A stretch of DNA of 64,000 bases. It comes from Rubripirellula sp. Lineage in GTDB: Bacteria > Planctomycetota > Planctomycetia > Pirellulales > Pirellulaceae. Made by a program: the position numbers and the translations under genes. The stretch covers positions 2,464,001 to 2,528,000 of the forward strand of contig OZ244207.1 of NCBI GenBank assembly GCA_965216875.1. Direction: 5' to 3'. Below the pieces are notes generated by a model. The model was not told where the DNA came from. It saw only the letters and a program-made list of their open reading frames with translations, and ran no database searches. Below are positions 51,236-60,618 of the stretch, piece after piece (the first letter of the stretch is position 1; every line of letters starts with the position of its first letter).

Positions 51236-54200
51236 ATGAACGCAACCGAAACCAAAAAGATCGGACCAGGATACGTGCCGATCCCCGGATACACGCTCGA
51301 GGAAATGCTCGGTCGTGGGGGATTTGGCGAAGTCTGGCGCGCTGATGCCCCCGGTGGACTGAAGAAGGCGGTCAAGTTCGTGTTTGGTTCTCAGGATCAA
51401 TCACGTGCTTCGCGCGAGCTTCGGTCGCTCGAGCGCATCCGAGGCGTGCACCATCCGTTCCTGTTGACGCTGGAACGTTTTGAAATCGTGGAAGACCAAC
51501 TTGTGGTCGTAACGGAACTTGCCGACGGTTCACTTGAAGACGTCTACAAACGCCATCGAGAACATGGCTCGTGTGGGATTCCGCGCGACGCTTTGATTTC
51601 GCACCTGCAAGACGCTGCCGACGCACTCGATTACCTTCACGAGAAGTACCAGCTTCAACATCTCGATATCAAGCCTGGCAATTTGCTCACAGTGGGCGGC
51701 CACGTCAAAGTCGCCGACTTCGGGCTTCTCAAAGACTTGACCGAGGCGGAGTGCAGCATTGTCGGCGGCCTGACCCCGATCTACGCACCGCCGGAAGTGT
51801 TCGACGGTAAGCCAAGTCTGCACAGCGACCAGTACAGCTTGGCCGTGATGTATCAGGAGTTGCTGACGGGAACGCGACCATTCAGCGGGCGGACCATCGC
51901 CCAGCTCGCGACGCAACATGTTCACAGCGCGCCCAACCTCGAAGCCCTTCCGCCAAGCGATCGGCCGGTTGTTGCGCGCGCCCTGGAAAAGGACCCGACG
52001 CGTCGATTCGACAACTGCACCGAGTTCGTCAACGCGTTGCATAGCCCGCGCACCCGAACCGTCGTCATTTCGAGCGACGACCTTGAAGACCAAGGCGAAG
52101 CGCCGCAAGTTGTCGAGGACTTGCCACAGCTTGGTGGACACGACAGTGTCAGCGAACATGTTCGAAGTCATGCGTTGGTCGTTGCGCTCGGTGGGACGGG
52201 TGCGGACTGCTTGCGCGAATTGCGACAACGATGCTGTGACCTGCATTCGGCGACGCCCATCGATTTGCACGGCGTGCTGATTGATACCGATATCGCAACG
52301 TTGCATTCGATGCGTGTTGGGGAAGCCTCCGAACGTGTTACCAAGTGCGTTAACATCCATATCCCACTTCGGAGCGCTCACGACTATCGTCAAGAGGGAA
52401 CGGATCGACTTGGCACCATCTCGCGCCGTTGGATCTACAACGTCCCGCGAAGCCGTTCAACAGAAGGGATGCGACCGCTTGGTCGTCTTGCACTGGTCGA
52501 TCATGGTCAAGACTTCATGCGTCAGCTCGCACAAGCGGTTGAACAACTGAAACAATCGGCCGGAAGCGAAAAGCCACGCATTTATGTCGTCGGCTCCCTT
52601 TCCGGCGGGACAGCGAGCGGAATCTATATCGATGTCGTCCACGTGTTACGACATCTGCTTGACCAAGCCGGCATGGAGGAAACCGAAATCCTTTCGATGT
52701 TGTCGGCAACTGAATTCCGAGCCGACCCCGCATCACCACTTGCTCTGCACGACACCCATGCAGCAACAATCGAGCTGCAACATTTCATGCGTCCCGGAAA
52801 CAGTTACCCCGGCGACGCCGGTGCGGGGTTCCCAAGCGTTCCCGCTGCACGGTCGCCGCTAAAGAACCTTTACCTCGTCGCGATGGGGCCTCGGTCGAGC
52901 GCAACACCTTCACCGGTCAATGCGATTACCGACTACGTCTGGACGGACGCGAGCGGCGGTGGTGACTTGCTTGCTGCCGCGCGGAAAATCGCATCCGACG
53001 ATCGTTCCAGCGCCGTTGGCGAGCCGATGCTTCGCTCCGTCGGACTGGTCGCACTTGGCGTCGCGAGATCGCTCGAGCAGAAACTTCTTACGCCAGCGAC
53101 CGTCAAGGTCATGCTGGTACGATGGCTGGGACTGCCGTCGACGGCGCGCGACCTTGCCGCTCCGGTCGCCGACAGGCTGATTCGCCGATGCGCCATCTCA
53201 AGACAAGCCTTCTTCGATGCCACGCTTGACTTGTTGGGCGCCGACGAGGACGAGCGCACCGACCGACTGTCAAATCATTTGATGAATTTGCCGAAGTCAG
53301 TCCTTTCGGATGATCACGAACTTGGCGAGAACATCTACCAACTACTGCGCAGCCACAACAGCGTCGAGCATGACTTGATGCTCGAGTCGGTACTGACCAA
53401 TCTGCGTCGCGAGATTTCGGTATCGCTGCATGATGGCCGCGTGGACATCACGACCGTCGTCGAAACGCTCAAGCTGCTGATCCAATCCGCAAAGGAACTC
53501 CCGATCGAGGCCGAACTGGTCGACGAGGAAGGCGCCGAGCAAGACGAGCCGCCAATGAACCCAGCGGCGCAGCGTCAGGCCCGACAGCATCGCATTGTCG
53601 CCCAACAGGTCGATCGCATTGCATCGGAACGATTGAATCGCTTGTGCGCCACCCTCGCCGCGCTCCAGGCAAGTTTCGAAACCTTCGCGACGAGCTTGGC
53701 GATGGCCATCGTTCAAACAACCAAAGAACAATCCAACGAAGCCAATCCCTGGGACGAGATGCCAGAGGAAATTCAGGCCCACCTCGAACCCACCCTTGAA
53801 AAGCTGCATGAACTCGCCGGCACCCGCTGGCTCCTCCGTCCATTGACTGACGGCTCTGGCGTCGACGCAAAAGAAATGGTCGCGGACATGACCGACGAAG
53901 CGATGCCGCTGGTTCGGGAAATCTTTGGCGATGGCGAGTTTCAAGACGACACCGACAGTGAAGCGCTTTCGCAATCGATGACGCTTACCGACATGACCGT
54001 CGCGCTGCCCGGCATCGCCGACCCGATGGGCGAATCAACGCTGGTCACGCAGGCACTTTCTTCGACAGGCTTCGCTACGAAGCATACCGAGGGCCCGCTA
54101 CCGGTCGAACAAGCAATCCGCGCCGTTCGCCCTGAACTGCTAGCGCACGGCGGACAACAACGCGTGCTCTTGGTTGTGGGAACAGAAGCCGAGCAAAAGC

Positions 54201-54394
54201 AGCTCGAGCCCAAAGTTCGCGAGCTCTTCGATGGCGCGTTGACCGTCGCAATGATCCCCGGTGCAACGCCCAAACTGATTCACGAGGCCCAGCAAATCGA
54301 ACTCAAGCAAGTTCTCGCGGCACTCAATCGCCTCAACGGCGGCAATGCCCAGATCACGTCGCGTCTGATCACACGCACCGACGTCAACTGGTAG
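51236..54394 (+). CDS. Ser/Thr protein kinase fused to a tubulin/FtsZ-like (Tubulin_2/FtsZl-type) domain
   Basis: Kinase: GRGGFGEV, AVK, HLDIKPGN, DFG, YAPPE. Tubulin-like: LVVALGGTG, LIDTD, GMRPLGRLAL, VVGSLSGGTASG. Confidence 0.88.
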   Translation: MNATETKKIGPGYVPIPGYTLEEMLGRGGFGEVWRADAPGGLKKAVKFVFGSQDQSRASRELRSLERIRGVHHPFLLTLERFEIVEDQLVVVTELADGSLEDVYKRHREHGSCGIPRDALISHLQDAADALDYLHEKYQLQHLDIKPGNLLTVGGHVKVADFGLLKDLTEAECSIVGGLTPIYAPPEVFDGKPSLHSDQYSLAVMYQELLTGTRPFSGRTIAQLATQHVHSAPNLEALPPSDRPVVARALEKDPTRRFDNCTEFVNALHSPRTRTVVISSDDLEDQGEAPQVVEDLPQLGGHDSVSEHVRSHALVVALGGTGADCLRELRQRCCDLHSATPIDLHGVLIDTDIATLHSMRVGEASERVTKCVNIHIPLRSAHDYRQEGTDRLGTISRRWIYNVPRSRSTEGMRPLGRLALVDHGQDFMRQLAQAVEQLKQSAGSEKPRIYVVGSLSGGTASGIYIDVVHVLRHLLDQAGMEETEILSMLSATEFRADPASPLALHDTHAATIELQHFMRPGNSYPGDAGAGFPSVPAARSPLKNLYLVAMGPRSSATPSPVNAITDYVWTDASGGGDLLAAARKIASDDRSSAVGEPMLRSVGLVALGVARSLEQKLLTPATVKVMLVRWLGLPSTARDLAAPVADRLIRRCAISRQAFFDATLDLLGADEDERTDRLSNHLMNLPKSVLSDDHELGENIYQLLRSHNSVEHDLMLESVLTNLRREISVSLHDGRVDITTVVETLKLLIQSAKELPIEAELVDEEGAEQDEPPMNPAAQRQARQHRIVAQQVDRIASERLNRLCATLAALQASFETFATSLAMAIVQTTKEQSNEANPWDEMPEEIQAHLEPTLEKLHELAGTRWLLRPLTDGSGVDAKEMVADMTDEAMPLVREIFGDGEFQDDTDSEALSQSMTLTDMTVALPGIADPMGESTLVTQALSSTGFATKHTEGPLPVEQAIRAVRPELLAHGGQQRVLLVVGTEAEQKQLEPKVRELFDGALTVAMIPGATPKLIHEAQQIELKQVLAALNRLNGGNAQITSRLITRTDVNW

Positions 54395-54401
54395 CCGCAA
54401 C

Positions 54402-55304
54402 CTAGGCGACAGCCGCTTCACGCTCGAAGAACGCCCATTGCGGGTGCTTGAAGAGAAGATTGTCATAGGCGTAACTGGCGGCGATGTCGTGTCGCTGCAT
54501 TTCGCACCTACGATAATCGTAAACTTCGTAGCCAAGGTCTTGCAGGAAGGTCACGTTTTCGCGACAGGGCTTGTTGCCAGTCTTTTGAGTGATCCCGTCG
54601 CCCATTTCGAGACTGATCGCAGGCCGTGAACGTTGGATAATCTCCGCCATCCCTTCGAGGATCGGTCCCTCAGCGCCTTCGGCGTCAATCTTCAAAAAGT
54701 CAGGGTCGCGATGATCGCTCGCGAACTCGTCAAGCTTGACCGCAGGCACCTTGATCATTCGCCCGCTGACGATATGGGCCGGATCCACGCTTGATTGGTC
54801 GTTGACAATGAAATTGACCGAACTGCCGTTGAGCCCTTGATCCCAAAACGAAATCTCGCCAGATTCGCGAAAGGCTGCGACATTGTGACACGAAATGTTT
54901 TCGCGGCGTTCGGCGTTGGATGAAAGAACGCTGTAGGTGTTCGAAGTCGGTTCAAAAGCGAAAACATGGCCCTCATCGCCAACCAAAGCCGACGCAAGCA
55001 GGCTGAAATATCCGAAGTGGGATCCGACGTCATAGACAACCATTCCCGGACGCAGGACGTCAATGAACATGGAAGTCAAATCAGCTTCGAAGAAACCACT
55101 CTGCCCGATCTTGGAAGACACGTATTCGGGATAGACGATCGTCATCTTCTGGCCCCAAAACAGCTCCGTTTCGCGACGGCGTGGGCGGCCCGTCCACTTG
55201 GCAACCTTCTTGGTCACACGCCAGTCGATCCAGCGGGGGAGCCGATTGAGGGTTGATTGGTGGCGACAGTTTTCCCAAAGTCGGCTTAGCTCAGTGCGGT
55301 CCAC
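54402..55304 (-). CDS. FkbM family methyltransferase
   Basis: YDVGSHFG, FAFEP and LKIDAEGAE. Confidence 0.9.
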   Translation of the reverse strand: MDRTELSRLWENCRHQSTLNRLPRWIDWRVTKKVAKWTGRPRRRETELFWGQKMTIVYPEYVSSKIGQSGFFEADLTSMFIDVLRPGMVVYDVGSHFGYFSLLASALVGDEGHVFAFEPTSNTYSVLSSNAERRENISCHNVAAFRESGEISFWDQGLNGSSVNFIVNDQSSVDPAHIVSGRMIKVPAVKLDEFASDHRDPDFLKIDAEGAEGPILEGMAEIIQRSRPAISLEMGDGITQKTGNKPCRENVTFLQDLGYEVYDYRRCEMQRHDIAASYAYDNLLFKHPQWAFFEREAAVA

Positions 55305-55528
55305 GGCGTCGATTCCGAATGTCTTGGTCGAGAAGTGCGGGAGGTTCTGTCACGGAGCAAACCAAAAATGGCCCGCTTGTGTCAATGTGAATCGAGCGTC
55401 GGCATCCCCCGTTTTCTCGTCTCGGTCGGCCTTGAGAATTCCACAGCCGCAACGCAAACACCGCGGCTGATTATTGGCTACAATTTGCCGTTCCCACCTC
55501 CACCCAACTCCTCCAATCCTCCGTAGCC

Positions 55529-55834
55529 ATGATGGCGATGACGATGTTTTTGTTGGCTGACAACTACGCCGAAGCTGCAACCATTGCGATCGCTGGCATG
55601 CTGATCGTCGGTTGTGCCCTCACCCTAATCAGCTTGTTCATTGCGGCCCTTCCCAAGGTGCTCGGGCTGATCGAAAAGCGATGGCCCGAAGTCGATGACG
55701 GCCATGGCAACCGCAGCCACCCCGAAAGCCAAGTGCCCGACGACGGAGCCGTCTTGGCCGCGATCGGATTTGTGCTGCACACGGAGCTGCAAAAACAGAT
55801 CGACCAAGAACAGTCCGCTTCGAAATCGAAGTAG
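55529..55834 (+). CDS. oadG: Na+-translocating decarboxylase gamma subunit
   Basis: GMLIV single TM helix and VLAAI motif; upstream of the beta subunit gene. Confidence 0.8.
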   Translation: MMAMTMFLLADNYAEAATIAIAGMLIVGCALTLISLFIAALPKVLGLIEKRWPEVDDGHGNRSHPESQVPDDGAVLAAIGFVLHTELQKQIDQEQSASKSK

Positions 55835-55884
55835 CAACGTGAGATGAAGACAAGAGCGCATTGAAGGGTTTCGAAAGGACGTAG

Positions 55885-57051
55885 ATGGATATCCTCCGTG
55901 AATTCTTGAGCACGACGGGCTTTGCCACATTGACGTTTGGCAACGCCGTCATGATCGTGATCGGCATCGCCTTTATCACCTTGGCGATCACCAAGGACTA
56001 CGAACCGCTGCTGCTTGTGCCCATTGGCATGGGTGCTATCGTCGGCAATATCCCCATCGTCGAGGGGATGTCGATGTCGGTGTACGACATGCATCAGTTC
56101 GTGCTTGAGGGAGACGAAGTCAAGTATGAAATGGGTAGCGTGCTGAGCTACCTTTACTTTGGGGTCAGCTACGGCATTTACCCGCCGCTGATCTTCCTTG
56201 GCATCGGCGCGATGACCGACTTTTCGACGATGCTCTCCAATCCCAAACTCGTACTGCTTGGCGCTGCCGCACAAATCGGAGTCTTCTTGACGTTGTTTGG
56301 CGCAGTCGGACTCGGTTTCGATCTGCTCGAAGCGGGAGCAATCGGAATCATCGGCGGCGCCGACGGCCCAACGGCGATCTTCCTGGCATCAAAACTTGCG
56401 CCCGATCTGCTTGGTGCGATCGCGATTGCCGCCTATTCCTACATGGCGCTCGTGCCGGTCATCCAGCCGCCGATCATGAAGCTGTTGACGACGCGCGAAG
56501 AACGGCTGATCCGGATGAAGCCACCGCGTAACGTTTCCAAACGTGAAAAGATGATCTTTCCGATCGCGGCGTTTCTGATTTCAACCATGATCGCGCCAGG
56601 CGCGGTCGTTTTGCTTGGCATGCTGTTCTTTGGCAATCTGCTCAAGGAAAGCCTTGTCACCGAACGCTTGGCTGCAACCGCCCGAGCCGCGATGATCGAC
56701 ATCGTCACCATCCTGCTCGGTTTTTCGGTCGGTGCGAGCACTCAAGCCCAAACATTCCTGACCCGCGAATCGCTGCAGATCTTTGGTCTGGGCGCCCTCT
56801 CGTTTGCCGTGGCGACCGCGGGTGGTGTTCTGTTCGCCAAGTTCATGAACCTCTTCCTGAAAGAAAAGATCAATCCGCTTGTTGGCGCCGCGGGCGTTTC
56901 GGCCGTCCCTGATTCGGCCCGCGTCGTTCAAATGGTTGGCCAGCAAGAGGACCCCCACAATTTCTTGTTGATGCATGCGATGGCACCAAATGTTGCCGGA
57001 GTGATTGGGTCGGCGATTGCCGCGGGCGTGCTTTGGTCTGTGCTTACGTGA
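55885..57051 (+). CDS. oadB: Na+-translocating decarboxylase beta subunit
   Basis: YEPLLLVPIG, GIIGGADGPTAIF and HAMAPNVAGVIGSA. Confidence 0.96.
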   Translation: MDILREFLSTTGFATLTFGNAVMIVIGIAFITLAITKDYEPLLLVPIGMGAIVGNIPIVEGMSMSVYDMHQFVLEGDEVKYEMGSVLSYLYFGVSYGIYPPLIFLGIGAMTDFSTMLSNPKLVLLGAAAQIGVFLTLFGAVGLGFDLLEAGAIGIIGGADGPTAIFLASKLAPDLLGAIAIAAYSYMALVPVIQPPIMKLLTTREERLIRMKPPRNVSKREKMIFPIAAFLISTMIAPGAVVLLGMLFFGNLLKESLVTERLAATARAAMIDIVTILLGFSVGASTQAQTFLTRESLQIFGLGALSFAVATAGGVLFAKFMNLFLKEKINPLVGAAGVSAVPDSARVVQMVGQQEDPHNFLLMHAMAPNVAGVIGSAIAAGVLWSVLT

Positions 57052-57112
57052 GCCACCTCGATTGAAGAATTGATCCAAAAAGCGGCGACTGCTTGTAAGA
57101 AGGAAAAGCAAC

Positions 57113-58948
57113 GTGTCGAAGAAGAAAGTCAAATTCATGTGCACCGCGTTCCGCGACGGATTCCAGTCCGTCTTCGGAGCCAGAGTCTTTACGCAAGACT
57201 TTTTGCCTGCGGTCCAAGCGGCGCGTGACGCCGGCATCACGTGGTTCGAAGCGGGCGGCGGCGCTCGATTCCAGTCGTTGTATTTTTATTGCAACGAAGA
57301 CGCCTTCGCGATGATGGATGCTTTTCGCGAAACGGCGGGCCCCGATGCCGATTTGCAAACGCTGGCTCGTGGCGTGAACGTCGTCGGACTCGATTCGCAA
57401 CCGAGCGACATCGTGCGTCTGCACGCGCAACTGTTCAAAAAGCACGGGATCACCACTATTCGCAACTTTGACGCGCTCAACGACGTCAACAACCTGATCT
57501 ACAGCGGCAAGTGCATTGTCGAAGCCGGCTTGAAGCACCAAGTCTGCGTCACCTTGATGGAACTGCCGCCAGGTTGCGAAGGGGCTCACGACGCCGCCTT
57601 CTACACCAAGACACTGCGTGAAATCTTGGACGCCGAAATCCCATTCGACGCGGTTTGTTTCAAAGACGCGTCGGGAACGGCCGTGCCTTCGAAGGTCTAC
57701 GAGACGATCAAAGAAGCACGCAAGATGTTGCCCGAAGACACATTCATTCACTTCCACACTCACGAAACAGCAGGCGTCAGCGTTCTTGCCAACAAAGCTG
57801 CTCTCGACGCCGGCGCCGACGCGATCGACCTTTCGATGGCTCCCTGCTCGGGCGGAACGTGCCAGCCCGACATCCTTGTGATGTGGCACGCCCTGCGCGG
57901 TTCAGACTACGAACTTGATGTCGATGTGGAAAAGGTGCGTGAAGCCGAAGAGGTCTTCAAGGACTGCATGAAGGATTACTTCTTGCCACCCGAAGCGACC
58001 GCGGTCGAACCACTCATTCCGTGGAGTCCCATGCCGGGCGGCGCGCTCACCGCGAACACTCAGATGTTGCGTGACAACAACATCATGGAAAAGTACCCCG
58101 AGATCATCCTGGCGATGAGCGACGTGGTGCGAAAGGGCGGCTACGGCACGTCAGTCACGCCCGTGTCACAATTTTATTTCCAACAGGCCTTCAATAACGT
58201 CATGTTTGGGCCCTGGAAAAAGATCGCCGAACCCTACGGCAAAATGGTACTCGGGTACTTTGGTCGCACACCCGTTGAACCCGATCCCGAAGTCGTCGCG
58301 CTCGCCAAAGAACAGCTCGAGCTCGAACCAACGACCAAACCGGTCCTGGAACTGAACGACGCCGACCCCACCAAGGGCGTGGACGTCGCAAAAGCCGATC
58401 TTGAAAAAGAGGGCTTGCCGATCACCGATGAAAACATCTTTATCGCGGCTGCTTGTAAAGACAAAGGAATCAAATTCCTTAAAGGCGAAGCCGAAATTGG
58501 CGTCCGGAAAATTGACCGCGAGGCGGAAGCGGCGGCGGCAGCTTCGACCACCGCCAAGCCTTCGAGCGGGCCAGCCGAATACACTGTCACGGTCAACGGC
58601 GAAGACATCTACATGGCCTTCGAAGGCAACATGGTGACGGTCGATGGCAAAGTCTATCGCGTTGCGATTCGCCCTGAAGACAAAACCGCGTCGCCCGATT
58701 CGAGTGGTGGGGGCAGCGGGGGCGGAGGAAAAATCACAGAGGTCAGTTCCCAGATGCCCGGCGCCGTCTACAAACAACTCGTCCATGCGGGCGACCACGT
58801 GCGAGCCGGTGAGCCGATGTTGATTCTTGAAGCGATGAAAATGGAGATGGAAATCCAGTCTCCCGTCGATGGAACGGTCGACGAGATTCGCTTTGCCGTC
58901 GGCGATCAAGTCGCCACCGGCCAAGTGCTGGCGACTGTCCGCTCCTAG
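57113..58948 (+). CDS. oadA: Oxaloacetate decarboxylase alpha subunit (carboxyltransferase plus biotin carrier)
   Basis: RDGFQS, FKD, HTH, PGG, VTPVSQ and biotinylation motif EAMKME. Confidence 0.9.
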   Translation: MSKKKVKFMCTAFRDGFQSVFGARVFTQDFLPAVQAARDAGITWFEAGGGARFQSLYFYCNEDAFAMMDAFRETAGPDADLQTLARGVNVVGLDSQPSDIVRLHAQLFKKHGITTIRNFDALNDVNNLIYSGKCIVEAGLKHQVCVTLMELPPGCEGAHDAAFYTKTLREILDAEIPFDAVCFKDASGTAVPSKVYETIKEARKMLPEDTFIHFHTHETAGVSVLANKAALDAGADAIDLSMAPCSGGTCQPDILVMWHALRGSDYELDVDVEKVREAEEVFKDCMKDYFLPPEATAVEPLIPWSPMPGGALTANTQMLRDNNIMEKYPEIILAMSDVVRKGGYGTSVTPVSQFYFQQAFNNVMFGPWKKIAEPYGKMVLGYFGRTPVEPDPEVVALAKEQLELEPTTKPVLELNDADPTKGVDVAKADLEKEGLPITDENIFIAAACKDKGIKFLKGEAEIGVRKIDREAEAAAAASTTAKPSSGPAEYTVTVNGEDIYMAFEGNMVTVDGKVYRVAIRPEDKTASPDSSGGGSGGGGKITEVSSQMPGAVYKQLVHAGDHVRAGEPMLILEAMKMEMEIQSPVDGTVDEIRFAVGDQVATGQVLATVRS

Positions 58949-58967
58949 CCCTCCATCGAGTGTTCTT

Positions 58968-59007
58968 GTAGGCCGGATCAAGGAGCGACAGCGACGCAGA
59001 TCCGGCA
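58968..59007 (+). repeat. Enterobacterial-like REP, copy 2
   Basis: GTAGGCCGGATCAAGGAGCGACAGCGACGCAGATCCGGCA, 20 bp after the oadA stop. Confidence 0.85.
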
Positions 59008-59442
59008 AGCTCTCAACGCTACGGACTTGAACTGTGAGTCCACCGGAAGAAGCTCTTGCCAGAGCCTCACACAACTGCGTTGAAACTCGTGCAAGCGGCC
59101 AGGCCTTAGTCCTAGTTGCCAGTGTGCAAGGGCGCGAGGCCTCACGGCCAGCGGCTCACAGGCAGTGCGTCGGCTGCGCAAGAGGACTCTTGGCCGCAGA
59201 GTTTTCCCCGCGGATCGCACTGGTCTTTCTCGCCATGGTTGTATCGACTGTATCGCTTCTACGGCGGCAACGTGTGCGTCCTTGGAACGGCAAGTGTGCG
59301 ACATTGTCAAAATGTCTGAATCGTTTGGCGCGGCAAAGATGTGACGTAGTGTTGGGCAGTTGGCAGTGCGGGTAAAGGCCGCCAACGACGTTGCCGCGAA
59401 GGCGAAAACTCGACGGCAACAGAAGCGATTAGGGGTGATACG

Positions 59443-59790
59443 ATGATTCTGAATTCGGGAGACGTCGTGCTGGTTTCGCACCGGCGGATGTTTGAGCGAG
59501 ATGAAGTGCGGTTCTTTTTGGGTCGCACGGTCGTCTGTGAAGGACCGTTGCTTAAAGCAGAAGGTTTTTCGTTCGTTCGTGACCTTTCGAACGGGCACAT
59601 CATCAAGAAAGACGAGAAGCGTTTGAAGCTCCTTTCGCTCGATTCTCCAGGCCATATCGTTTACCAATTGCCGGGCGACATCGACGTGGACAAAGTCGAC
59701 ATCGAAAGCGGCAACGGAGACGCGTTCATGGTCGAAGGGGATCGAAAGATTTTGAACTTGTCCGAAAGGACACATTGCGGACGATTCTAA
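59443..59790 (+). CDS. Hypothetical protein
   Basis: 115-aa ORF with AGGGG RBS and globular, beta-rich composition. Confidence 0.65.
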   Translation: MILNSGDVVLVSHRRMFERDEVRFFLGRTVVCEGPLLKAEGFSFVRDLSNGHIIKKDEKRLKLLSLDSPGHIVYQLPGDIDVDKVDIESGNGDAFMVEGDRKILNLSERTHCGRF

Positions 59791-59808
59791 GAATTCGATC
59801 GTCTTCAA

Positions 59809-59889
59809 GGTAGTGAAAGCGAAGCGCCCGCGCTGCTCCGAGGTGTTGCGTTTGATAGAAGGTGCGTTGGGCGCTTCGCTTTTGCTACC
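59809..59889. repeat. Inverted GTAG-type pair between convergent genes
   Basis: GGTAGTGAAAGCGAAGCGCCC...GGGCGCTTCGCTTTTGCTACC. Confidence 0.75.
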
Positions 59890-59916
59890 CTGAAACGATC
59901 CCGCAACTCAAGCTCG

Positions 59917-60420
59917 TCAGCGACGAGCTTTCTTTTTGGCCGCACGCTTTTTGGCGGCTTTCTTTTTGACACCCTGTTTTTTGGTCGCCTTCGCCGCAAC
60001 CTTCTTAGTCACGCGTTTTTTGGCAACCTTTTTCTTCGCCGAACGTTTCGCTGTTTTCGGATTCGCTTGGCCGTCGATCTGCGCAACAAGATCCTTGTGG
60101 ACCAGCATCCGATAGCTCTCAAGCGTCCAACGCTCGAGCACTCCCTTAGGTAAGGCTTTGCCGAGTGGAAATTCGACCTTTACCCAACCGCCCTTTCCCA
60201 CGCTAACGTTTTCAGGGAATTTGGCCGCGAGTTTCTCTGCTTCTGGGATCGAATCCCCAAGCTTGACCATGACGTTGTAGCTGTCATCTTTCTCGCCGAC
60301 AAAAAGATAGCTCTTCTTGCGAGCCTTGTAGGCACTCTTGTTGCATGACACACCTTCTTCTGCCTCAGGCAATCCGAGGGCCACGACTCGCAGTGCCTTC
60401 GCGACGTCAACTTTAGCCAT
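59917..60420 (-). CDS. MmcQ/YjbR family protein with Lys/Ala-rich histone-H1-like tail
   Basis: ALGLPEAEE, VGKGGWV and WTLESYRMLV; tail AKRSAKKKVAKKRVTKKVAAKATKK... Confidence 0.8.
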   Translation of the reverse strand: MAKVDVAKALRVVALGLPEAEEGVSCNKSAYKARKKSYLFVGEKDDSYNVMVKLGDSIPEAEKLAAKFPENVSVGKGGWVKVEFPLGKALPKGVLERWTLESYRMLVHKDLVAQIDGQANPKTAKRSAKKKVAKKRVTKKVAAKATKKQGVKKKAAKKRAAKKKARR

Positions 60421-60618
60421 CCCAATATTCCTAGCGTTGTTAAGAGTTCATGGTTGACGAATGAAGGGGCGTCGATCGGCGGGGTTTGTGAAAATCGAGG
60501 GCGGTCTCGGCCGGATCGACCATCGTCCAAGCACGACGGTGTTTCTTCTTCGTCCGGAGCATTAAGATATCAGCGTTCCGCCACTCTGTCGCGCTCCAAC
60601 GGTATCGAGAAATCCAAC

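Noticed and set aside
52150..53050. Canonical ftsZ
   Set aside because: Fused to a kinase, divergent signature and no dcw cluster context; it fits FtsZ-like Tubulin_2 proteins instead.
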